Assembly (NCBI GenBank): GCA_031292615.1
Contig: JARLGT010000021.1
Coordinates: forward strand, 1-61,548
Origin: Coriobacteriia bacterium
GTDB taxonomy: Bacteria; Actinomycetota; Coriobacteriia; Anaerosomatales; JAAXUF01
Direction of reading: 5' to 3'
Length of the DNA stretch: 61,548 bases
Part shown: positions 8,975 through 18,132 of the stretch, in pieces
How positions within the stretch are numbered: position 1 is the stretch's first letter
Layout of the letters: the number at the start of each line of letters is the position of its first letter
Notes under the pieces: model-generated
Database searches by the model: none
The model's input: the letters and a program-made list of their open reading frames with translations, nothing else
What the model was told of the DNA's origin: nothing
Program-made: the position numbers and the translations under genes

Positions 8975-9783
8975 ACGAGGGCCGCGTGACGCCCCGTCAG
9001 GCCGCCTTCGGCACGGTGAGAGAAGAAACGATCGGTGGTCTCGGCGGTACACATCCCGAGACGTGCGATGTTGCACCTTGTGACTCCTGCGCGTTCAAGG
9101 CTCGCGGACACGACGGCATCGAGGTCAAGTCCCCCCGATTCGGCCCGCGCAAATGTACCAAAGGTGTTAACGAATTGCGACATCAACTGGCCGTCAATCT
9201 CGTAGTGGCAGTCACGGATGTGTGCGCCCACATAGGCGTGAATCTCAGCAACGTCACAGGAGGCGACCTGGGCGATTCGCGCCACGGCCTTCCCCGGCAG
9301 CGAGGCAAGCGCGCCACGCCATCCCGCGTGGACAAACGCAACGACCGGCCCGGGAGCAACAACCACGATGGGGACGCAGTCGGCGTAGGACTGCAGCAAC
9401 GGGATGCGCGGCAGCGACGTGATCAGGCAGTCGACCCCGTTGACAGCGGGCTTGCCGCTGGACACAAACGCGCCCGCCCCGACCTCGTCGTGTCCAACGA
9501 TCGCGATACCATCGGCCTGAGCCGAGCGACCCATCGTCAGGCTCCCGCGCAGCTCAGCGATGTCCAACGCCCGAAGGAACAGCGAGCGGTTCTCATCGAC
9601 GGCGGCCGGATCGTCGCCCACATGGCCGGCGAAGTTAAGCGATGCGAAAGGCGGCTTGCTCACACCCCCGCTCCGTTCGCTGAAGGCGACCAAGACGCCC
9701 GCCTGCCGAAGCACGGTGTCGGTCCAGAACGCGACAGATCCCCGCTCAACGCGAACCAGATTCGGGATGTGGTCCTCGCTCAA
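8962..9783 (-). CDS. pgeF: YfiH/PgeF-family (DUF152) peptidoglycan editing factor / laccase-domain protein
   Basis: FASLNFAGHVGDDP...LLQSYADCVPIVV...HAGWRG are the DUF152 motifs. The start is set at TTG 9783 (GAGGAG at -5), because a 17-bp perfect hairpin occupies the longer N-terminal extension. Confidence 0.75.
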   Translation of the reverse strand: MSEDHIPNLVRVERGSVAFWTDTVLRQAGVLVAFSERSGGVSKPPFASLNFAGHVGDDPAAVDENRSLFLRALDIAELRGSLTMGRSAQADGIAIVGHDEVGAGAFVSSGKPAVNGVDCLITSLPRIPLLQSYADCVPIVVVAPGPVVAFVHAGWRGALASLPGKAVARIAQVASCDVAEIHAYVGAHIRDCHYEIDGQLMSQFVNTFGTFARAESGGLDLDAVVSASLERAGVTRCNIARLGMCTAETTDRFFSHRAEGGLTGRHAALVCIL

Positions 9784-9854
9784 CTCAACTCCTCGCGGCG
9801 GAATCTCCTGAGGTTTCACCTCAAGTTGACGGTTCGTCTTGATGACGATTGGCT

Positions 9855-9915
9855 GAGAATACAGGAGGACCCGGTGGCGACGAGGTCCCGCCGTCGTCGC
9901 CACCGGGTCCAAACC
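9855..9915 (-). terminator. strong stem-loop immediately downstream of ftsZ (terminator or attenuator)
   Basis: A 17-bp perfect inverted repeat, GGACCCGGTGGCGACGA (9867-9883) pairing with TCGTCGCCACCGGGTCC (9894-9910), has a 10-nt loop. On the minus transcript it is followed by UCCUGUAUUCUC. Confidence 0.5.
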
Positions 9916-9947
9916 GGAGAACACGAATCGTGCCGTTCATCCCGCGT

Positions 9948-11036
9948 CTAAAACGTCCGCTTCTTCAGGAACGCTGGGATATCGAGCTCGTCTTCGCCGA
10001 TGGGCTCGAAGGTGGGCATGAACTGCGTCCCGCCGCCCTCCTCTTCCTCGGCCGCCGCAAACGACATGGTCTCTTGCTTGCGGCGCGTTCCATCAAAGCC
10101 AGTCGCGATCACTGTGACTCGAATCTGGTCCATCATCGAGTCGTCGATGACGGCGCCGAAGATGATGTTGGCCTCCGGGGCCGCGGCCGTCGCGACGACC
10201 TCGGCCGCCTCGTTGACCTCGAAGAGACCCAAGTCGCTTCCGCCGCAGATGGACAGCAGGACGCCGTTGGCCCCCTGAATCGAGGACTCAAGCAGCGGAC
10301 TCGAGATAGCAGCCTTGGCTGCGTCGTGGGCGCGGTTGTCGCCAGTGGCGAGACCGATCCCCATGAGCGCCGAGCCGGCATCTTGCATGATCGTGCGGAC
10401 GTCTGCGAAGTCCAAGTTGATCAGTCCTGGCACGGTGATGAGGTCGGTGATGCCCTGCGTGCCCTGACGCAGGATGTCGTCGGCGATCCGGAAGGCGTCC
10501 AGAATCGACGTCTTCTTGTCGGCAACCTGCAAGAGGCGGTCGTTCGGAATGATGATGAGCGTGTCGACCACGTCGCTCAGACGCTTGATGCCGTCCTCAG
10601 CCTGCAGAGCGCGCTTGCGGCCCTCGAACGCGAACGGACGCGTGACAACACCCACCGTCAGCGCGCCGATCTCCTCCTTGGCGATTTGGGCGATCACGGG
10701 GGCAGCGCCCGTTCCCGTACCGCCACCCTCGCCCGCGGTTACGAAGACCATGTCGGCGCCCTGAAGTGCCTCTTTGATCTCGCCGCGGTTCTCCTCGGCG
10801 GCCTGGAAGCCGACGTCAGGGTCTGCGCCCGCGCCAAGCCCCTTAGTGAGATTCACGCCGACATGAACCTTGTAGTCCGCATCGGACATGAGAAGCGCCT
10901 GCGCGTCGGTGTTCACAGCGATGAACTCCACGCCCTTGACGCCAGCCTCGACCATACGGTTGATGGCGTTGGTACCGCCGCCGCCGACTCCGACGACTTT
11001 GATCACTGCCAAGTAGTTGGCACCTGTATCGAGCAT
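9948..11036 (-). CDS. ftsZ: cell division GTPase FtsZ
   Basis: The tubulin signature GGGTGTG, the NTD motifs and the C-terminal [11 protein letters not shown] peptide are present. Confidence 0.95.
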   Translation of the reverse strand: MLDTGANYLAVIKVVGVGGGGTNAINRMVEAGVKGVEFIAVNTDAQALLMSDADYKVHVGVNLTKGLGAGADPDVGFQAAEENRGEIKEALQGADMVFVTAGEGGGTGTGAAPVIAQIAKEEIGALTVGVVTRPFAFEGRKRALQAEDGIKRLSDVVDTLIIIPNDRLLQVADKKTSILDAFRIADDILRQGTQGITDLITVPGLINLDFADVRTIMQDAGSALMGIGLATGDNRAHDAAKAAISSPLLESSIQGANGVLLSICGGSDLGLFEVNEAAEVVATAAAPEANIIFGAVIDDSMMDQIRVTVIATGFDGTRRKQETMSFAAAEEEEGGGTQFMPTFEPIGEDELDIPAFLKKRTF

Positions 11037-11213
11037 TTCTTAGACCCTCCCCGAGAAGCCGGCCAGAGCTACGACTCTAAACCTCAAGTTGACCGTTACC
11101 GTGCGGGCGGAACACTCAATCTTCGCATAAACGTTACACAGTGTGCAAGGGGTTTTGTAGACACGCCTCTCGGGGCGTGCGCCTGCCGCGACGTATCGAG
11201 TGCATTTCCCCAG

Positions 11214-12197
11214 CTAGTTGCCGGAGTTTAGCCCTCGCCAAGTGGGCCTGTCTGTGACTCGAACGTTGACGTAGACGACGTTCTTCTCCTTGCCGAGAAT
11301 CGTTCGGGCAATGAGATCCTTCTTGGTAATCTCGTCTGCAGAACCGACGAAGACTTGAATCTGATTCTTGAGAACGAGCACCGTAGCCTGCACGCTGGGC
11401 GCTGAAACGAATGCCAGTTGGGCTTTCAGTTGGGGGCTCAGCCCGCCGATTACGGCCAGCGCGTTGTTCAGCTCGCCCGAAGCGTTTTTTGCCCCTGCAA
11501 CCGGCACCAACCCAGGAACGTCTTTGATCGGGACTAGCGCGCCAGTTGGCTCCTTGCTCCGCCGGGCCACCCAGTGCCCATCCCCCGACACAAACCACTG
11601 ACCTCGAGCGCCCGCATCCGCCAGCGCAATCGGCACGCGCTCGACCACGTCGACTACGAGGGTATGCGGAAATGACCGACTCACCTTCGCCGATGAGACC
11701 CACGGTGACGCCTCGACCCGCTGCTCGATCTCCGATGGAGCCAGATGCAAGAGCGTGGCATCCTTGGGGACTGCGGCTAGCGCGAGCACGTCCGCGCTCG
11801 TGAGATGGCTTACGCCGGTGACCTTGATCGTATCGACCGTAAACAGGGGCGCTCGCCACAGGGCGCTCAGCGCCCACGCGACCGCCACCACGGCGAGCAC
11901 GGCTGCCGCGACGAGCAACACGCGACGGCGGCCGATCTCTTTGCGTCGGCGGTCACGATCGTCGCGCTTCTGACCCGCGACCTTGCGTCCAGCCGAACTT
12001 GGCTTGGGTACGCGACTACCAGCGCGCTCCGATGCTGAGCGCTGCTCTTGTCGAGGGGTCCGCTTGCGCTCGGACTCAACCTCGGGGTTGCCCTGCTTGT
12101 AACGTACTCGGACGGTCTCCTCGGCGCCTACAACGACGCGCTTACGATTCGAGGAACTGCCCGAGGAACCGGATCTCCGGCCTGAGCTCGATGCCAT
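11214..12197 (-). CDS. ftsQ: cell division protein FtsQ/DivIB
   Basis: A basic Ser/Arg-rich cytoplasmic tail is followed by one TM segment, then POTRA (FTVDTIKVTGVSHLT) and FtsQ beta domains. The RBS GAAGGAAG precedes the ATG at 12197, and the gene overlaps the murB 3' end. Confidence 0.8.
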   Translation of the reverse strand: MASSSGRRSGSSGSSSNRKRVVVGAEETVRVRYKQGNPEVESERKRTPRQEQRSASERAGSRVPKPSSAGRKVAGQKRDDRDRRRKEIGRRRVLLVAAAVLAVVAVAWALSALWRAPLFTVDTIKVTGVSHLTSADVLALAAVPKDATLLHLAPSEIEQRVEASPWVSSAKVSRSFPHTLVVDVVERVPIALADAGARGQWFVSGDGHWVARRSKEPTGALVPIKDVPGLVPVAGAKNASGELNNALAVIGGLSPQLKAQLAFVSAPSVQATVLVLKNQIQVFVGSADEITKKDLIARTILGKEKNVVYVNVRVTDRPTWRGLNSGN

Positions 12198-13059
12198 TCG
12201 CTTCCTTCACGGTCTCACGGATCAACCTGACTAGCGCCACCACATCGGCGGCAGTGGCGCCGCCTGAGTTGACGATGAAGTTCGCATGCACGTCGGAAAC
12301 CATCGCGCCGCCCACTTTGGTGCCCTTCAAGCCGGCCTTCTCGATGAGCCGACCCGCCGAGTCACCCTCGGGGTTGACGAAGACACTGCCCGCAGAGGGC
12401 ATGTTGAGCGGCTGGGAGCGCTTGCGCCGACGCAGGCTCGCCTCCATGGATCGGCGGATGCCCACTGCGTCGCTCTCAGTCACGCGCAGCACCGCCTCGA
12501 CGATGATACCGCGTGCTGGCAGGTCGCTCCGCCGATACGCCCACGCAATCTCGGGGCCTCGAATGCCGACCAGCCCTGCACCGGGGCTGAACACGGTGAC
12601 CGACTCGACAATCGAGCCGATCCACTCATCTCGGCTGCCCGCGTTCATGGCAAGCGCGCCGCCGAGAGTTCCCGGCACGCCGACGGCGAACTCCAGACCC
12701 GACAGGCCGAGCTTGAACGCATCTTGAACGACTGCAGCCAGAATGACGCCAGCGCCAGCGCGCAGGTGGTCGTCGTCGACCGAGTGGCGCTTGAAGTCGC
12801 GACCGAGGGTGATGATGGCGCCGCCGTAACCCTCATCGGAAGCCAGCACGTTGCTGCCCTTGCCGAGCACGGTCCACTCGATGTTGTTGGCGCCAAGAAT
12901 GGTCGTGGCGGCCGCGAGGTCGGCCACCGTCGCACACTCGACGAAGAGTGCGGCAGGTCCACCGATTCGATACGTGGTGTGTCGTGCGAGTGGCTCGGCT
13001 CGGCGAACGGAACCGGTCAGCTCGGCGGCAAGGCGCTCAAAGGCGACGTCTAGTGACAC
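12142..13059 (-). CDS. murB: UDP-N-acetylenolpyruvoylglucosamine reductase
   Basis: A FAD-binding domain (RIGGPAALFVE), GxGSN and a C-terminal MurB domain are present. Confidence 0.9.
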   Translation of the reverse strand: MSLDVAFERLAAELTGSVRRAEPLARHTTYRIGGPAALFVECATVADLAAATTILGANNIEWTVLGKGSNVLASDEGYGGAIITLGRDFKRHSVDDDHLRAGAGVILAAVVQDAFKLGLSGLEFAVGVPGTLGGALAMNAGSRDEWIGSIVESVTVFSPGAGLVGIRGPEIAWAYRRSDLPARGIIVEAVLRVTESDAVGIRRSMEASLRRRKRSQPLNMPSAGSVFVNPEGDSAGRLIEKAGLKGTKVGGAMVSDVHANFIVNSGGATAADVVALVRLIRETVKEANGIELRPEIRFLGQFLES

Positions 13060-14447
13060 GTGGGAGCTTCCTCCTCGCCGGACAAGACGCGCACAATCTC
13101 CGCGCCGAGCCCCGACACGTCACCTCCCGCACCCATCGTGATCAAGAGATCGCCCGGGCGCACACTGCGGGTGACGTATGGGACGACATCCGCGCGATGC
13201 GGAAGGAAGGCAATCTGAGCCCGCGGCCGCGCGTTGAGAACGGCCTTGAGTAGCAGCCGGCCGTTAACACCTGGAATCGGCGCCTCGAACGGGCTGTCGA
13301 GTTCGAGTAGCACCACCAGATCAGCGATGCTCAGTGCCTCGCCGAACTCCTTGCTGAAGAGCTCGGTGCGATAGTAGCGATGCGCTTGGAAGACCACCAC
13401 AACGCGCTCGAAGTCGAGCTCTTGGGCGGCGAGCAGGGTCGCCTTCACTTCGGTTGGATGGTGTGCGTAGTCATCGACAACCGTCACACCAGCGGCCTCG
13501 CCCAAGCGCGTGAAACGACGGCGCACCCCCGGGAACTCCGCGAGCGCCGCTGCGGCCTTCTCGAGGTCGAGCCCGAGAGCCCATGCGGTCGCTAGACACG
13601 AAGTCGCGTTTGACGCCATGTGGATCCCCGGAATCGTGCTGACCGACGTTGCGGTCTGCCCGTCGCTCGTCGTGACCTCGAACCGAGTCCCGAGGCCTTC
13701 TCGGCCAAGGACGGTTGCGCGAACGTCACAGCCCTCGGAGAATCCGTAGGTCACGACTCGGCGACCCGTGGAGTGCGCCATCTCAACGAGCGTGGGCTGA
13801 TCGCCGCAAACAACCAGGGCACCCTCGGGGGAGACGCTCGCCATAAACTCTCGGAACGTCTCCTCCATGCGCTCGACCGTGCCGTAGTAGTCGAGGTGGT
13901 CGGCCTCCATGTTGGTGACGATGGCGACGTAGGGATCGAGGAAGAGGAACGAGCCGTCTGACTCGTCGGCCTCCACGACGTAGTACTCGCCGGTTCCGCT
14001 ATGAGCGTTCGAATCGAAGCCATCGACAACACCGCCGATGAGGAACGTCGGGTCCAGGCCCATCTTCGCAAGCATCGTTGCCGCCATGGAGCTCGTCGAG
14101 GTCTTACCGTGCGTGCCGGCCACCGCGATGGTCTTGCGGTCTCCTGCCAGGTGTCCGAGCATGCGCGCCCGCGGCCACACCTCGATGCCGCGCGCTCGCG
14201 CAGCGGTCAACTCCGGGTTCTTCTCGGGAATGTCCGTAGAGATGACGACGACCTCAGGATCGCCGAGGTTCTCGACGGCATGCCCGATTGTGACGTGGAT
14301 TCCCGCAGCCTCGAGCGCGCGGGTGTAGCGCGACTCCTTGAGATCGCTGCCGGTCACCTTCATGCCGCGGTCGGCCAGGACCAGCGCAATCGCACTCATG
14401 CCCGCGCCGCCGGCACCGATGAAGTGAGCGTACGTCTTCTCGGACAA
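13050..14447 (-). CDS. murC: UDP-N-acetylmuramate--L-alanine ligase
   Basis: HFIGAGGAGMSAIA...GTHGKTSTSSM... is the Mur ligase signature. A probable TTG start at 14447 (GGGAGA at -5) lies just after the murG stop. Confidence 0.9.
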   Translation of the reverse strand: MSEKTYAHFIGAGGAGMSAIALVLADRGMKVTGSDLKESRYTRALEAAGIHVTIGHAVENLGDPEVVVISTDIPEKNPELTAARARGIEVWPRARMLGHLAGDRKTIAVAGTHGKTSTSSMAATMLAKMGLDPTFLIGGVVDGFDSNAHSGTGEYYVVEADESDGSFLFLDPYVAIVTNMEADHLDYYGTVERMEETFREFMASVSPEGALVVCGDQPTLVEMAHSTGRRVVTYGFSEGCDVRATVLGREGLGTRFEVTTSDGQTATSVSTIPGIHMASNATSCLATAWALGLDLEKAAAALAEFPGVRRRFTRLGEAAGVTVVDDYAHHPTEVKATLLAAQELDFERVVVVFQAHRYYRTELFSKEFGEALSIADLVVLLELDSPFEAPIPGVNGRLLLKAVLNARPRAQIAFLPHRADVVPYVTRSVRPGDLLITMGAGGDVSGLGAEIVRVLSGEEEAPTCH

Positions 14448-14457
14448 GAGAGTCTCC

Positions 14458-15585
14458 CTAAGAGTCGATGGCGCGCGCGACAGGGGGCTTTCCGGCGGCC
14501 TGGCGGGCCAAGCTGGCGACCCGGTCAGCAGCGTCCGGCCGTCCCAGCGAGCGAGATGCGGCCGCCATACTAGCACGGCGTCCGGCGTCCGACAGAAGGC
14601 CGCAGACGATGTCACCGAAGCGTTCATCGTCCAGCTCGCTGTCGGGCACTAGTTCGGCCGCGCCGCGCGCAACCATCGCGGCGGCGTTCTTGGTTTGATG
14701 GTCCTCAGTGGCGAACGGGAACGGCACCAGCACTGCAGGAAGCCCGAGCGCTGTGATCTCGGCAATCGAGGTCGCGCCGGCCCGAGCGACTACTAGATCG
14801 CTCGCCATTAGCGCCGAGCCCATGTCGTTGAGGTAGTCCAGCACCTGCCAACGCCCGTTGCAGTCGCCGCCGGCGGCCTTGAGCGCGGCGCGTACGCTCT
14901 GCACCTCGGCTGCGCCGGCCACGTGCACAACGCGCAGCTCGGGGATGGCCATCAATCTGTCGCGCAGCCCAACGACTGCCGAGTTCAGATGCCGAGCACC
15001 GCGGCTGCCGCCGAACACCAGCATCACGAGGGCGTCAGCCGGGAGGTCGAGTGCGTCTCGGCCCCTCTCGCGGCTGGCGTTCAGCACCGCAGGACGCACA
15101 GGGTTGCCAGTCACCACCGCGCGCTCGGAGTGCGCAAGGCCCGCGGCCGACTCCTCGTAGGTGACTCCTACGGCCCGTGCCCAGCGCGACAGGATCTTGT
15201 TCGCGAGTCCGGGAACCGAGTTCTGCTCGTGCAGCACGAGCGGGATGCCCCTCATCACGGCCGCGAGCCCTACGGGAATCGACACGTAGCCGCCGAAGCC
15301 AATCACGACGTCGGGCCTGCTGCGCCCGAACCAACGCCACGCCGTAATAGTTGAGAGCCCGATGCGCGGTATCGATGTGAGCAGCGTGAGTGGGCGCCCA
15401 CGGTCGTAGCCTGACGCCTTGAGCGGGAGGAACTCCACTCCCGCCTCAGGAACAAGCCGGGCTTCAAGGCCGTTAGGCGTGCCGACGAACAGAACCTCGT
15501 CAGGCGCGTCGGCGAACCGGTCGGCGACTGTCAGTGCGGGGTACACGTGCCCCGCGGTCCCGCCGCCGCTCATCAGAACTCGCAC
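14458..15585 (-). CDS. murG: undecaprenyldiphospho-muramoylpentapeptide beta-N-acetylglucosaminyltransferase
   Basis: SGGGTAGHVYPAL is a GT28 N-terminal motif. The start is GTG 15585, preceded by GAAGGAG. Confidence 0.9.
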   Translation of the reverse strand: MRVLMSGGGTAGHVYPALTVADRFADAPDEVLFVGTPNGLEARLVPEAGVEFLPLKASGYDRGRPLTLLTSIPRIGLSTITAWRWFGRSRPDVVIGFGGYVSIPVGLAAVMRGIPLVLHEQNSVPGLANKILSRWARAVGVTYEESAAGLAHSERAVVTGNPVRPAVLNASRERGRDALDLPADALVMLVFGGSRGARHLNSAVVGLRDRLMAIPELRVVHVAGAAEVQSVRAALKAAGGDCNGRWQVLDYLNDMGSALMASDLVVARAGATSIAEITALGLPAVLVPFPFATEDHQTKNAAAMVARGAAELVPDSELDDERFGDIVCGLLSDAGRRASMAAASRSLGRPDAADRVASLARQAAGKPPVARAIDS

Positions 15586-16741
15586 GAACCGGCTCCTTCT
15601 TCTTGGACGGCGTTCGAATGGCCTTCGGCGCGCACGCTCCGTACTCAGACACTGAGAGGATGAGCCCCACGCTGATCATGGTGACCACGATGGACGACCC
15701 GCCGTAGCTCATGAATGGAAGTGGCTTGCCGGTCACCGGGAACAATCCCGTGACCGCCGCCATGTTCAATATGGCCTGAAACCCGAGCATGCCCGTCAGG
15801 GCCGCCGCGAGCAATCGACCGTATTGGTCCCGCGAACCCATCGCGATGCGGATGCCCGAGAACACCACGACGACAAAGGCGCCGATGACGGACAGCGTTC
15901 CCACGAGCCCAATCTCCTCGCCGACCATCGCGAAGATGAAGTCGGTGTGAGCCTCGGGAAGGTAGAACCACTTCTGCCGAGACAACCCAAGACCGAGGCC
16001 CTTGATGCCGCCGGTGCCGAACGCTAGTAGCGCCTGAACGGCCTGATAGCCCTTGCCTTGGGCTTCAGACCACGGGTCGAGCGACGCCGTTACTCTAGCC
16101 ATTCGGTAGGGCTCGATTGCGATGGCGAACACAGCGAAGACTACGAGAACTGCCAGGGCAACATAGACCCAGCGCAACTCGATGCCGCCGAGGAACAGCA
16201 CGATGGCCACTCCGGCAGCCATCAGCATGGTGGTGCCGAGATCAGGCTGGAAGACGATCAGAACCGCCGGAATCCCGACGAAGATGCCCAGCCGGCGCAG
16301 GTACGTGGGCGTGTCGGTGCGATGTCGCTGCCATTCGACCGCAAGCATCGCCGCAACGAGCACGCATGCGATCTTGGCAAACTCGGAGGGCTGCAGGTTG
16401 AAAAAGCCCAGCGGAATCCAGCGACGCGCACCTCCGCGGACGACGCCCAAGGCCCACGTCGTGACCAGCAGGAAGATCGCCACTCCCCAGACTTGGTAGC
16501 CCAGAGGGCCGCGGAACCTGCGGTAGTCGAAGCGGGAAACGCCCCAGGCCAGCACGATACCGAAGAGCACGAACACCGCTTGGCGCTCGGCGAAGAAGTA
16601 TGGCGAGCCCTGCTTGACGAGTGCAGAGATCGACGACGCAGAGTAGACCATGACCAGTCCGAAGACCGTCAGGAACAGCGCTGCGCCAAGGAGCAGATAT
16701 CGCGCAGCAGGTCCTCCCGCATACTCCTTCTGAGGAGCCAC
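15500..16741 (-). CDS. ftsW: SEDS-family peptidoglycan glycosyltransferase FtsW
   Basis: A ten-TM SEDS protein with the SYGGSS motif. The likely start is GTG 16741, which overlaps the murD TAG stop and is preceded by GGGGAGG. The track ORF extends to 16807, but nothing that looks like an RBS precedes that start. Confidence 0.85.
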   Translation of the reverse strand: MAPQKEYAGGPAARYLLLGAALFLTVFGLVMVYSASSISALVKQGSPYFFAERQAVFVLFGIVLAWGVSRFDYRRFRGPLGYQVWGVAIFLLVTTWALGVVRGGARRWIPLGFFNLQPSEFAKIACVLVAAMLAVEWQRHRTDTPTYLRRLGIFVGIPAVLIVFQPDLGTTMLMAAGVAIVLFLGGIELRWVYVALAVLVVFAVFAIAIEPYRMARVTASLDPWSEAQGKGYQAVQALLAFGTGGIKGLGLGLSRQKWFYLPEAHTDFIFAMVGEEIGLVGTLSVIGAFVVVVFSGIRIAMGSRDQYGRLLAAALTGMLGFQAILNMAAVTGLFPVTGKPLPFMSYGGSSIVVTMISVGLILSVSEYGACAPKAIRTPSKKKEPVRASSDERRRDRGARVPRTDSRRPVRRRA

Positions 16742-18132
16742 TACCTGGCCTCCCCTGCCAGCTCGGCGACGTAGCGCTTGAACTCGTCTCCTCGATGCTC
16801 GAAGCACGTGAACTCATCGAAGGAAGCACACGCCGGGGAAAGCACAACCACATCGCCTGCTACAGCAAGCGATGCCGCCGCCTCGACGGCATCGCGAAGC
16901 GTGACTGCGTCCACCGTGCGAAGGTCGACGCCCGCGAAAGCCGCGGCAAACTCATGACGTGACTCGCCGAAGAGAACGGCCGCCTTCGCGCTCTTGGCGA
17001 CCTGCTCGGCGAGGGAGCGAAAGTCGTTGTCCTTGTTGCGTCCGCCGAGAAGCACGATCAAATCGCGTCCCTCGAACGCGCGCAGCGCTTGGAAGACCGC
17101 GTCGGGATTGGTGGCCTTGCTGTCGTTGTACCAGTCGACGCCGCCCACGGCGCCAGCCGGCTCGAGGCGATGCTCGATGGGCGCAAACGTCTTGAGGCCC
17201 TCTCGCAGATCGACCGGATCGACTCCGAGCGCATGTGCCGCCACGGCCGCCGCAAGGGCGTTGCTCACATTATGCTGGCCGCGAATCAGAAGCTCGTCCG
17301 GGCGAACGAGTCTGACCGGGCCGCCCTGTGTCTCCAGCGTCAGGTAGCCGTCGACGACCGTGGCACCGCCAGGGTGGCCCACCGTGCGGCTCACACGCGC
17401 GACGGGTACGCCGCGCGCCTCGAGCGCCTCGGCGTAGGGAGCCGAACCTGGATCGTCTACGTCGATAACGGCGAGATCACCGTCGTCCATGTTCTCGAAG
17501 ACGCGCGTCTTGTCCGCCGCATAGGCTTCCAGCGAGCCGTGATAGTTGATGTGGTCGGGTGTGATGTTGAGCAGCACTGCCACCTGGGGGTGGAACTGCT
17601 CGATGAGCGACATCTGGAACGACGAGACCTCGGCGACCATGATCTCGAGGTCCTCACGCTGCATCGCCTCGGTAGCAACGAAGCCGATGTTGCCGACCGC
17701 CTCTGCGGCGATGCCACCCGCACGCAGCAGATGCGCTACCAGCGAGGTGGTCGTGGTCTTGCCGTTGGTGCCCGTGATGGCCACCCACGGCTTGCCTGTG
17801 CACTCGTAGGCGAACTCGATCTCGGACATGATTCTGTCACTGTTCTCGGCGGCCGAGACGCGCAGCGGCGAGTAAGGCGGAATACCCGGGCTCGTGACGC
17901 ACAGCTCGTAGTGGCCGTCGACTGACTCAGCGCCCAGCAGCACGCGCACGCCGAGGTGCTCCAACTGCGTTGCTGTGGCACGCATCACCTCGTTGTCGCC
18001 GGACTCGGCGAGCGTCACCGAGGCCACGTCGCCGGTGCCGATGCGCTCAGCCAGATACCTGGCCACCGCGATGCCGCTCTTCCCGATGCCCAGGACCAGG
18101 GAGTCTGCGACTCCGTTGTTGCTTTCGTTCAC
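16741..18132 (-). CDS. murD: UDP-N-acetylmuramoylalanine--D-glutamate ligase
   Basis: VLGIGKSGIA...ITGTNGKTTTTSL is the Mur ligase signature. The GTG start at 18132 overlaps the mraY TGA stop (GAGGG RBS). The 642-aa track ORF is read-through. Confidence 0.9.
   Translation of the reverse strand: MNESNNGVADSLVLGIGKSGIAVARYLAERIGTGDVASVTLAESGDNEVMRATATQLEHLGVRVLLGAESVDGHYELCVTSPGIPPYSPLRVSAAENSDRIMSEIEFAYECTGKPWVAITGTNGKTTTTSLVAHLLRAGGIAAEAVGNIGFVATEAMQREDLEIMVAEVSSFQMSLIEQFHPQVAVLLNITPDHINYHGSLEAYAADKTRVFENMDDGDLAVIDVDDPGSAPYAEALEARGVPVARVSRTVGHPGGATVVDGYLTLETQGGPVRLVRPDELLIRGQHNVSNALAAAVAAHALGVDPVDLREGLKTFAPIEHRLEPAGAVGGVDWYNDSKATNPDAVFQALRAFEGRDLIVLLGGRNKDNDFRSLAEQVAKSAKAAVLFGESRHEFAAAFAGVDLRTVDAVTLRDAVEAAASLAVAGDVVVLSPACASFDEFTCFEHRGDEFKRYVAELAGEAR

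Noticed and set aside
8962-9924. Longer pgeF reading frame starting at 9924
   Set aside because: The extension would be encoded by a perfect 17-bp inverted repeat (9867-9910) and lacks an SD. The TTG at 9783 with GAGGAG is preferred.
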